From the NCBI GenBank assembly GCA_963774265.1, contig CAVZDU010000001.1, forward strand, positions 416,001 to 480,000: 64,000 nt of DNA, written 5' to 3'. The notes under the pieces were generated by a model. It was not told where the DNA came from, did not search any database, and saw only the letters and a program-made list of their open reading frames with translations. Position numbers and translations under genes: made by a program. Shown here piece by piece: positions 10,123-18,503 of the stretch (the first letter of the stretch is position 1; each line of letters opens with the position of its first letter). The DNA comes from an uncultured Chloroflexia bacterium. GTDB taxonomy: Bacteria > Chloroflexota > Anaerolineae > CG2-30-64-16.

Positions 10123-11366
10123 GTGGATCACGTAAAATCGCTGAAGTGTCTGATCTGCGGCGCAGAGTATCGGCCGGACGAGGTGGAGTATATCTGCCCA
10201 CACCATGGGGAAGACGGTATCCTTGACGTCCAGTACGATTACGATCTCATCAAAACCCGCATCAGTCCCCTGTCGCTCGCACAGGACCGCAACAACACCA
10301 TCTGGCGGTATAAACCGCTGTTGCCGATCCACCCTGACAGTCCGGTCCCGCCTCTCACCATAGGTTGGACGCCATTGTACCGGGCTGACCGGCTGGCAGC
10401 GGGGTTGGGGCTGAAGCACGTGTGGGTCAAAGATGACGGGCGCAACCCGAGCGCATCCTTCAAGGATCGGGCGAGTGCTATCGCAGTGGTAAAGGCGCAG
10501 GAGAGGGGCGCCGAGATCATCACCACGTCCAGCACGGGTAATGCCGGCGCAGCGCTTTCCGCACTGTGCGCCAGCGTGGGACAACCCAACGTGATCTTCG
10601 TGCCCGAATCCGCACCACCCGCAAAGGTCGCGCAATTGCTGGTCTACGGCAGCACCGTGATGCTGGTTCGCGGCAGCTACGATGACGCGTTCGAGCTGTG
10701 TGCGTGGGCGGCCAAAGAATTCGGCTGGTACAACCGCAACACTGGCTACAACCCGTACATGAGCGAAGGCAAGAAGACGGCCTCGCTCGAGATTTGTGAG
10801 CAATTAGAGTGGGACGCGCCGGACTGGATCGTCGTCTCGGTCGGGGATGGTTGCATCATCGGCGGTCTGTATAAAGGGCTGTTTGACCTGCACAGCCTCG
10901 GCTGGATCAAAAAGATGCCCCGCATCCTGGGCGTTCAGGCCGCTGGGTCGGCTGCGCTGTACGACGCGTGGCGCACGCGGCATCGACGCAATGGAAATGC
11001 AGCCGATCGACGCACACACGATTGCTGACAGCATCTCCGCCGGGCTGCCGGCCGACCGAATCAAGGGCCTGGCGCGCCGTGCGGGCGACCGGTGGGGCAT
11101 ATACCAAGGTGACCGACGAGGAAATCATCGCGGCGATCCCGGTGCTGGCGCAGCGCAGCGGCGTTTTCGCGGAGCCAGCAGGCGCTGCGTCGTATGCAGG
11201 ACTTAGCCAGGCGGTCAAAGAGGGACTAATCGATCCCGAAGAGCGCATCGTCGTCCTCGTGACCGGCAATGGACTGAAAGACATTGCGACGGCGCGTAAG
11301 TCCGTTTCGGAACCCTATGTTGTTGATAAAGACCTGGCCGACGTGAAACGCGTGCTGGGCCGATAA
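10123..11366 (+). CDS. Threonine-synthase-like PLP fold-II enzyme; two apparent +1 frameshifts (~10978, ~11071)
   Basis: CLICG...CP N-terminus, NPSASFKDR, SSTGNAG, EGKKT, SVGDG and then AEPAGAA, VTGNGLKD in shifted frames; the three ORF pieces join into one protein. Confidence 0.8.
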
Positions 11367-11369
11367 TAC

Positions 11370-11423
11370 GGAAGGAAGAAGGAAAAAGGAAGAAGGAGAT
11401 CTTCCTTCTTCCTTCTTCCCTCT
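11370..11423. repeat. Polypurine/polypyrimidine heptamer hairpin (GGAAGAA)n/(TTCTTCC)n
   Basis: Seen directly; a near-identical structure lies at 16467-16525. Confidence 0.8.
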
Positions 11424-11437
11424 GGAAAGGCATTCAC

Positions 11438-12899
11438 ATGATCGATCTGACTGTCCATCCCGATCGCCTCGAGCGCACCGTCCAACGGGCGCGCGAGCGC
11501 AACATCATCATCCCGACCTTCAAGCAGATGCAGAACCCGGCCCTCGATCCCCGACAAAGTCAAGGCGGGACTGAAAAACATCGGACTGTGGGATATCAAC
11601 CCATTGAACCTCTTCCGCATCACCTGGAAGAACGAGCCCGTGGCAAAAGGTGGCGGATTCGGCGGCGTTAATTATCTGGACCTGCCCAAGGCGCTGACCG
11701 GTGTGGACGCGCGCATCATTGTGCTGGTGGGCAAGTGGTTCCCCACCGGCGCGCACAAGGTCGGCGCTGCGTTCGGCTGCCTTGCGCCCCGCCTGGTGAC
11801 CGGCCAGTTCGACCCGACCACCCAGAAGGCCGTCTGGCCCTCCACGGGCAACTACTGCCGCGGCGGCGCGTACGATTCGGCCCTGCTGGCATGCCAATCG
11901 ATCGCCATCCTGCCCGAAGGCATGAGCCGCGAGCGGTTCGAATGGCTGTCCAAGGTGGCCGGCGAGGTGATCGCAACCCCTGGCACAGAGAGCAACGTCA
12001 AGGAAATCTTCGACAAGTGCTGGGAGCTGCGCCGCTCGGGCCAGGATCTGATGATCTTCAACCAATTCGAAGAGTTCGGCAATGTCTTGTGGCATTATGC
12101 AGTCACGGGCAATGCCTTTGAAGAAGTGCTGGCGGAGCAACTGCGCCCTGGAGAAACCTTGGCAGGCTCAGTCTTCACCACCGGCTCCGCAGGAACTATC
12201 AACGCAGGCGACCGCTTGAAAGAACTGTTCCCGCAGAGCAAGATCGCAGCCAGCGAGGCGCTGCAATGTCCTACTCTGCTGCAGAACGGCTTCGGCGCAC
12301 ATCGCATCGAAGGCATCGGCGACAAGCACGTGCCGTGGATCCACAATGTCAAGAACACTGACATGGTGATGGCGGTTGACGACGAAGTTCCCATGCAGAT
12401 GATCCGGCTGTTCAACGAGCCGGAGGGGCGCAAGTACCTGGTCGAAAAGGGTGTCCCCGAAGAATTGGTGGCGAAGCTCGACACGATCGGCATTTCCGGT
12501 GCAGCCAACATCGCATCGGCTATCAAGATGGCAAAGTGGTACGAGTGGGGCGAGGGCGATGTAGTTGTCACCCTGCTGACGGACTCCATGGAACTGTACG
12601 GCTCCCGCCTGACTGAGCTCACCGCTGAACGCGGCGAGTTCACTTCCCGCGACGCAGCCGCCGCATATCATCAGCACATCCTGGGCCTCAGCACCGACTA
12701 CGTCGAAGAGCTGACCTATCCGGCCCGCAAGCGCGTACACAACCTGAAGTACTACACCTGGGTCGAGCAACAAGGCAAGACCTATGAAGAAATCCTGGCG
12801 CAGTGGGACCAGAAGGATTACTGGACCAGCGTCCACGGCCAGGTCAATGCAATTGACGCGTTGATCGAGGAGTTTAACGCGAAGGTCGGGTTGCTGTAA
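11438..12899 (+). CDS. PLP-dependent fold-II (cysteine-synthase-like) enzyme, ~486 aa; one apparent frameshift at ~11545
   Basis: FPTGAHKVG (PLP Lys), PSTGNYCRGG, TTGSAGT and HRIEGIG motifs; N-terminal ORF 11438 joins ORF 11604. Confidence 0.8.
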
Positions 12900-12917
12900 G
12901 GAAGTGGCCCTGCAACT

Positions 12918-12999
12918 CGTACGGTGCGTACGGTGCGTACGGGCGGACCTGCGTGTCCGCCCTCGTGTCCGCCCTGCGTGTCCGCCCTCGTGTCCGCCC
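12918..12999. repeat. REP-like family A element with amplified arms
   Basis: (CGTACGGTG)x2, then the GGGCGGAC-CTGCGT-GTCCGCCC hairpin, then three extra CGTGTCCGCCC units. Confidence 0.85.
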
Positions 13000-13026
13000 A
13001 ACCTGCAACCCGAACAGGAGTTTGCC

Positions 13027-16000
13027 ATGTCCGACTACTTGATGATCCAACCCTTCGCCGTCCAGTTGCGGCGGATCCTGAAAGAATACGAGGCGACCGA
13101 TTCCATCTTTGGGATTCACAAGTCGCTCTTCTATACCCCGAAAGCGAACGCCCCGTTCGCAGTCCCCGATGTCTATGGCAAGTATCTGGGCACGCCCATC
13201 GGCCCATCGGCCGGCCCGCACACCCAGTGCAGTCAGAACATCATCAGCGCCTGGTTGTGCGGCGGTCGCTTCATCGAGCTGAAGACGGTGCAGATCCTCG
13301 ACGAGTTGGTGATTCCGCGGCCCTGCATCGACATGGAAGACGAGGGCTACAACGTCGAATGGTCGCAGGAACTGAGGCTGGAAGAATCGGCGCACGAATA
13401 TGCCGTTGCCTGGGCGCTGGTGCACGTCCTGCCGCGCATCTTGCGTTGGGATGTAGGGGCGGGTCTCGCACCCGCCATCCCCGGCGCCATTTTCGACATG
13501 AGCGTTGGCTACAACCTGGAAGGCATCCGTAGCCCGCGCGTCGTCAACTTCATGAACAAGATGGAAGACGCCTCCGAGGAGGTCGCCCAGATCAAGGCCA
13601 TCCTGCGCCGCGACTTCCCTCAGTTCGCAGATATCGAGATCCCCAACCGAATCGCCAACAGCATCACCCTTTCCACCATGCACGGCTGCCCGCCCGATGA
13701 AATCGAGCGCATCACCGAACATCTGTTGACCGACCGTAAGCTGCACACCATCGTCAAGATGAACCCGACCCTGCTGGGCAAGGAACAGGTGCTCGATATC
13801 CTGCACAACGCTCTCGGTTTTCGCGAGATCGTTATCCCCGATTCGGTCTTCGAACATGACATCGCCTACGACAAGGCGGTTGGGCTGATCGGCCGGATGC
13901 AAAACGTGGCTGCACAGCAAGGCCTGGCATTCGGCGTCAAGCTGAGCAACACGCTGGCCATGCACAACCACAAGCAGGTCATGCCCGGCGACGAAATGTA
14001 CATGTCGGGCCGCGCGCTCTACCCGGTCACTATGAACCTGTTTAACAAGCTGGCGCACGAATTTAACGGTGACCTGCGCGTTTCCTACTCGGCCGGCGCA
14101 GATGCGTTGAACATCGCCACCATCGCGTCTTGCGGCCCAGTTCCCATCACCGCCTGCTCTGACCTGCTGAAACCCGGCGGTTACGCCCGTTTCGGCCAAT
14201 GGCTGGAAAACCTTGAAACAGCGATGGTTGCCGCAGGTGCGAAGAACCTGACCGAATTCTCCGCCAACAAACTGGACAACGTCAAGGCCGCCGCAGCTGC
14301 TGCGTTGACTGACCATCGATGGAAGAAAGAATATGTTCCCTACGGCCTGCCCAAAGTGAAATCGGGACTGGGGCTATGGGACTGTATTGTCGCGCCATGC
14401 ATGGAGCCCTGTGCCGTGTGCCAGGACGTGCCGGAATACAATTGGTGGATCGCCCAGGGTGACCCGGACAAATCACTCGAAGTCATCCTGCAGCGCAACC
14501 CCATGCCCGGCGTCACCGGCTACGTCTGCACGCACTTGTGCCAGACGCGCTGCGTTCGCAATGATTACGAGGAGTCAGTTGGCATACGTGCACTCAAACG
14601 TTACGCTGAGGAGCACGGCCAGATTCGGCCGCTCGCTGCCAAAGAAAGCGTGGACCGAAAAGTGGCCATTATCGGCAGCGGCCCATCGGGTTTCTCCGCG
14701 GCCTTCTACCTTGCGCTCAGCGGTGTGGATGTCACCATGTTCGAGGCCAAGGATGTACTGGGGGGTATGATGCGCCTGGTGCCAGTCTTCCGACTGCCGT
14801 GGGAAATCATCCAGCGGGACGTTGACCGCATCCTGAACCTGGGCGTCAAGCTTGAATTCAACCACCCGATCGTCGACGCGCCGGAAAGGCTACTTGTAGG
14901 GGCGGGTCTAGCACCCGCCCAACAGGGGTTTGACGCCGTCGGTTACGATGCCGTCGGTTACGATGCCGTCGGTTACGATGCCGTCGGTTACGACGCAGTG
15001 TACGTGGCTACGGGCTTCCAGAAGGATACGCCATTGCCCATCCCCGGCATTGAAGGACAAGGCGTACATGTCGCCATGGACTTGCTCGACCGGACCCGTC
15101 GTGGAGAGCGCCCGAACCTGGGTAAGAAAGCGCTGGTTATCGGCGGCGGCGACACAGCTATGGACGCAGTACGGACATCCGCCCGCCTGACCGGCAACCC
15201 GACCACCATCGTCTACCGGCGCTCTCGCGAAGAGATGCCAGCCAGTCCCGAGGAACTTGAAGGGGCTCTGGAAGAAAGCAACATCTTGATGGAGCTCGTC
15301 TCGCCGGTGCGCGTTGTGCTGGATGACAGCGGGAAGGTCGTTGCCCTGGAATGCCAACGCAATGTCTTGGGAGAGCCCGGCCCGGACGGCCGTCGCAAGC
15401 CCGTCGCCATTCCTGGCAGCGAGTTCCAGATCCCGTGCGACTCGGTCATCCTCGCAGTTGGCCAAAGTCCCGATTTCGAATTCCTCCGAGGCAGCGCCAT
15501 CAAAACCACCCGACAGGGCGGCATCGCGATTGACCCGGTGACGGGTGCAACCGGAACACCGGGCGTCTACGCCGGGGGTGACGCCGCAGAAGCCGGCCCA
15601 GAAAGCATCATTGCGGCCTGCCAGGGGGGCCGCCGAGCCGCACAGAGCATCTGCCAGCAATTCGGCATCGCTTTCAAAGAGCCGCCCTCGGAAAAGCCTG
15701 TCCTGTCCCAGGACGAAATCATCGAAGTCAAACGAGTGCGGACACGTAAGATCGAACAAGTGGAGCCGGGCTGCCTGCCCGTCCCGTTCCGCAGCGGCTT
15801 CGACATGATCGAATTGACGCTGACGCCGGCCGAGGCCGTCATTGAGGCCAGGCGCTGTGTTCAGTGCACCACCTTCTGCGATAAGTGCGTCGAGGTGTGC
15901 CCCAACCGCGCCAACCAAACCTTCCTCATGCGGCCTGTAGATGTGATGCTACCCCGCCTGGCAATGACCTCAGAGGCGTCGCAACCCGCTGGGTTGCACG

Positions 16001-16467
16001 TGATCGGCTACGAACGCTTCGTCATCGGCCAGGAGCGGCAAATTATCAACATCAACGACTTCTGCAACGTGTGCGGTGACTGCACCACCTTCTGTGTTCA
16101 CCACGGCCAGCCCTGGATGGATAAACCGCGGCTGTTCTTGAACGAAAAGGACTTCCTGGCCGAGGATCACAACGCCTATCGGATAACTGCCAACGGCATG
16201 GATGCCGCCGGCATCATCCGACACCGCGACGTGGGGGCGGCTGGCCAGCCGCGTGAATCACAACTCACGCGGTCTGGCGGCCACCTGGTCTACGAGTGCC
16301 CCGAAGCGCGCGTAACCCTCACGCCGGCATTCGAAATCAAGGAGATGGTTGCGAAGTCGTCGTTTGCCGCCGGCATGCATGCCGCCTTGTCCCTGCGAGA
16401 CGCCGCCGAACTGGCCGTGATTCTCAAGGGCGTCACCGAGACACTGCCGCACCTGGTGGTTGCATAA
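13027..16467 (+). CDS. ygfK: YgfK-family Fe-S/flavin oxidoreductase
   Basis: GPSAGPHTQ, ELKTVQ, STMHGCPP, GVKLSNTL, GltD-like GSGPSG and GGGDTAMD, C-terminal ferredoxin Cys motifs; AGGAG RBS before ATG 13027. Confidence 0.9.
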   Translation: MSDYLMIQPFAVQLRRILKEYEATDSIFGIHKSLFYTPKANAPFAVPDVYGKYLGTPIGPSAGPHTQCSQNIISAWLCGGRFIELKTVQILDELVIPRPCIDMEDEGYNVEWSQELRLEESAHEYAVAWALVHVLPRILRWDVGAGLAPAIPGAIFDMSVGYNLEGIRSPRVVNFMNKMEDASEEVAQIKAILRRDFPQFADIEIPNRIANSITLSTMHGCPPDEIERITEHLLTDRKLHTIVKMNPTLLGKEQVLDILHNALGFREIVIPDSVFEHDIAYDKAVGLIGRMQNVAAQQGLAFGVKLSNTLAMHNHKQVMPGDEMYMSGRALYPVTMNLFNKLAHEFNGDLRVSYSAGADALNIATIASCGPVPITACSDLLKPGGYARFGQWLENLETAMVAAGAKNLTEFSANKLDNVKAAAAAALTDHRWKKEYVPYGLPKVKSGLGLWDCIVAPCMEPCAVCQDVPEYNWWIAQGDPDKSLEVILQRNPMPGVTGYVCTHLCQTRCVRNDYEESVGIRALKRYAEEHGQIRPLAAKESVDRKVAIIGSGPSGFSAAFYLALSGVDVTMFEAKDVLGGMMRLVPVFRLPWEIIQRDVDRILNLGVKLEFNHPIVDAPERLLVGAGLAPAQQGFDAVGYDAVGYDAVGYDAVGYDAVYVATGFQKDTPLPIPGIEGQGVHVAMDLLDRTRRGERPNLGKKALVIGGGDTAMDAVRTSARLTGNPTTIVYRRSREEMPASPEELEGALEESNILMELVSPVRVVLDDSGKVVALECQRNVLGEPGPDGRRKPVAIPGSEFQIPCDSVILAVGQSPDFEFLRGSAIKTTRQGGIAIDPVTGATGTPGVYAGGDAAEAGPESIIAACQGGRRAAQSICQQFGIAFKEPPSEKPVLSQDEIIEVKRVRTRKIEQVEPGCLPVPFRSGFDMIELTLTPAEAVIEARRCVQCTTFCDKCVEVCPNRANQTFLMRPVDVMLPRLAMTSEASQPAGLHVIGYERFVIGQERQIININDFCNVCGDCTTFCVHHGQPWMDKPRLFLNEKDFLAEDHNAYRITANGMDAAGIIRHRDVGAAGQPRESQLTRSGGHLVYECPEARVTLTPAFEIKEMVAKSSFAAGMHAALSLRDAAELAVILKGVTETLPHLVVA
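13453..13476 (+). repeat. GTAG-type REP (family B) inserted in-frame in ygfK, encoding VGAGLAPA
   Basis: GTAGG-GGCGGGT-CTCGC-ACCCGCC hairpin; second copy at 14896. Confidence 0.8.
14896..14920 (+). repeat. GTAG-type REP (family B) inserted in-frame in ygfK, encoding VGAGLAPA
   Basis: GTAGGGGCGGGTCTAGCACCCGCCC; differs from the 13453 copy at one loop base. Confidence 0.8.
14932..15000 (+). repeat. 15-bp coding tandem repeat (DAVGY)x4 plus a partial copy
   Basis: gacgccgtcggttac / gatgccgtcggttac units. Confidence 0.9.
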
Positions 16468-16525
16468 AGGAAGAAAGAAGAAGGAAAATTGGGATCTTCC
16501 ATCTTCCTTCTTCCATCTTCCTTCT
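16467..16525. repeat. Polypurine/polypyrimidine heptamer hairpin
   Basis: aaggaagaaagaagaagg...cttccatcttccttcttccatcttccttct. Confidence 0.75.
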
Positions 16526-16540
16526 CGTAGGAGATGTGAC

Positions 16541-17884
16541 ATGACATCCAAACTACTGATTACGAACGGTCAGGTCTTCACGCTGGGGAAAGCAAACGCG
16601 GAGATACCGAACGGCGCGATCTACTGTGAAGGAGACACGATCGTTGAGGTTGGAGAGACCGCTGCACTCTCCGCCAAACACCCTGGCGCCGAGCGCCTGG
16701 ATGCAGGAGGCAAGATCGTCCTGCCTGGCATGCTCTGCGGCCACACGCATTTCTACGGCCTATTCTCGCGCGGCATGGCCATCCCCGGTGCGCCCGCTGC
16801 CAACTTCACCGAAATCCTCGAGCGCTTGTGGTGGAAGCTGGATCGGGCGCTCCTGGATGAGGACATCCGCTATAGCGCGCTGGTCTGCCTCGTGGACGCG
16901 GTCAAGCACGGCTGCACGACCCTGATCGACCATCATGCCAGCCCAAGCGCAATCCACGGCAGCCTGGACATCATCGCCGAGGCCGTCAAGCAAACCGGCT
17001 TGCGCGCCAGCTTGTGCTACGAGGTCACCGACCGCAACGGCATGGACGGCGCGCGTGCCGGGATCGCAGAGAACGTCCGTTGGCTCAAGCGCTGCCGGAC
17101 GGAGAAGGATCCACAGCTCGCTGGCTCGTTCGGGTTTCATGCCGCGCTGACGCTCTCCGACGAGACGCTCGAAAACTCGGTGGCCGCGATAGGTGGCCTG
17201 GATACCGGCTTCCATATCCACGTAGCCGAGGGTGTGGCTGACCAGGAAGAGAGCCTCCGTAAGTACAACATGCGAGTGATCGAGCGACTGTACAAATTCG
17301 GCATCCTGGGGCCAAAGACGATCGCGGTCCATTGCGTCCACCTGGACGCGTTCGAGAAGGACATCTTGCGCGAGACCGAGACCCTCGTGACCCACCAACC
17401 GCGTTCCAACATGAACAATGCGGTGGGGCTGCCCGACGTGGCCGGCATGCTGGCCCGCGGCATCCCTGTCGCTCTCGGTAATGACGGCTTCTCGAACTTC
17501 ATGGTCGACGAGATGAAGGCGGCCTACCTGGCGCACAAGCACAGCAGCGGCGATCCGCGCGCCATGGGTGGCGACGTCGTGTTCCAAATGCAATACCCCA
17601 ACAACGCGAACCTGTGCCGTCAGTTCTTCCCGAAACCGGTGGGAGCAATCGAGCCGGGCGCCTTCGCCGATATCACCATCTGGGATTATCGTCCGCCCAC
17701 GCCCTTGAACACGGGCAATCTGCCGTGGCACATCCTCTTTGGCGTCGACGGCGCAGTCGTGACGCACACCATCGCGTCCGGCAAGGTGCTGATGAAGGAC
17801 CGCCAACTGACCATGCTCGACGAAACGGCGATTATGGCTCGTGCGCGCGAGCTCGCACCGCAGATTTGGAAACGGGTCGGATAG
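16541..17884 (+). CDS. ssnA: SsnA-family amidohydrolase
   Basis: GHTHFY, LWWKLD, DHHAS, HIHVAEG, PRSNMNN and LGNDG motifs; GGAG RBS upstream. Confidence 0.9.
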   Translation: MTSKLLITNGQVFTLGKANAEIPNGAIYCEGDTIVEVGETAALSAKHPGAERLDAGGKIVLPGMLCGHTHFYGLFSRGMAIPGAPAANFTEILERLWWKLDRALLDEDIRYSALVCLVDAVKHGCTTLIDHHASPSAIHGSLDIIAEAVKQTGLRASLCYEVTDRNGMDGARAGIAENVRWLKRCRTEKDPQLAGSFGFHAALTLSDETLENSVAAIGGLDTGFHIHVAEGVADQEESLRKYNMRVIERLYKFGILGPKTIAVHCVHLDAFEKDILRETETLVTHQPRSNMNNAVGLPDVAGMLARGIPVALGNDGFSNFMVDEMKAAYLAHKHSSGDPRAMGGDVVFQMQYPNNANLCRQFFPKPVGAIEPGAFADITIWDYRPPTPLNTGNLPWHILFGVDGAVVTHTIASGKVLMKDRQLTMLDETAIMARARELAPQIWKRVG

Positions 17885-17888
17885 ATTC

Positions 17889-17981
17889 ACCACAAAGACA
17901 CAAGAGCTCCAAGCTTCACGAGGCTTGCTCCTTTGTGAGGCTTGCAAAGCAAGCCGCTTGGCTTCTTTGTGTCTTTGTGGT
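17889..17981. repeat. Long REP-like hairpin (ACCACAAAGACACAA...TTGTGTCTTTGTGGT)
   Basis: 15-bp perfect terminal inverted repeats with an internal palindrome. Confidence 0.75.
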
Positions 17982-18017
17982 TAACTAAGGATCCCTATCA
18001 TGCAAGAGGAGGCTCGC

Positions 18018-18203
18018 ATGGCTGAGATCACTTTCTCGTGGGTGCGTGCGCTTCGAGAAGGGACGCTGACCCAGGTTCAAATGGAGTCCTTGGAAGCCTT
18101 GGTCGACAACGACGAAGCAGAATCACTGGAAGAAGCTGCCCGCTTGCTCGACGTTCAGGCGACGCATAATCCCGGAGGCGAGCCGGGGACCCGCGCATAC
18201 TAG
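18018..18203 (+). CDS. Small acidic hypothetical protein (61 aa)
   Basis: GAGGAGG RBS before ATG 18018; occupies the gap between two repeat elements. Confidence 0.55.
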   Translation: MAEITFSWVRALREGTLTQVQMESLEALVDNDEAESLEEAARLLDVQATHNPGGEPGTRAY

Positions 18204-18240
18204 CATCGCTTGGGCGGCGGCGTTGGTATAGCAAAGCCAA

Positions 18241-18382
18241 CCTGTTGGGGCGGACCTGTTGGGGCGGACCTGTTGGGGCGGACCTGTTGGGGCGGACCTG
18301 TTGGGGCGGACCTGTTGGGGCGGACCTGTTGGGGCGGACCTGTTGGGGCGGACCTGTTGGGGCGGACCTACGTGTCCGCCCC
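18241..18382. repeat. Tandem array of 9 x 14 bp (CCTGTTGGGGCGGA) ending in a complete family-A hairpin
   Basis: Exact 14-bp period over 18241-18366, then GGGGCGGAC-CTACGT-GTCCGCCCC. Confidence 0.95.
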
Positions 18383-18503
18383 GTGGGTGGACTGAGTTCG
18401 CACACGTCGCCAGGACAGGAAGACCACAAAGCTTCACGAAGCGAAAATGAAACTCTTGGTGAAGCGTTATACCCTGGCGCCTTTGTAGTTTACGGAGATG
18501 CAT

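Noticed and set aside
12904-13026. Extended N-terminus of YgfK in the ORF track
   Set aside because: This is translated repeat DNA; a clear AGGAG RBS precedes ATG 13027.
12874-14316. 480-aa antisense ORF, and similar long shadows at 16760-17947, 22932-24143, 25131-26483 and 56450-58003
   Set aside because: They lie opposite well-supported genes in high-GC DNA and contain no recognisable motifs.
13027-16467. YgfK as a selenate reductase subunit
   Set aside because: That is a legacy annotation; the gene context points to purine-ring reduction.
18241-18382. Possible CRISPR array
   Set aside because: The 14-bp units are contiguous with no unique spacers, and no cas genes are in the window.
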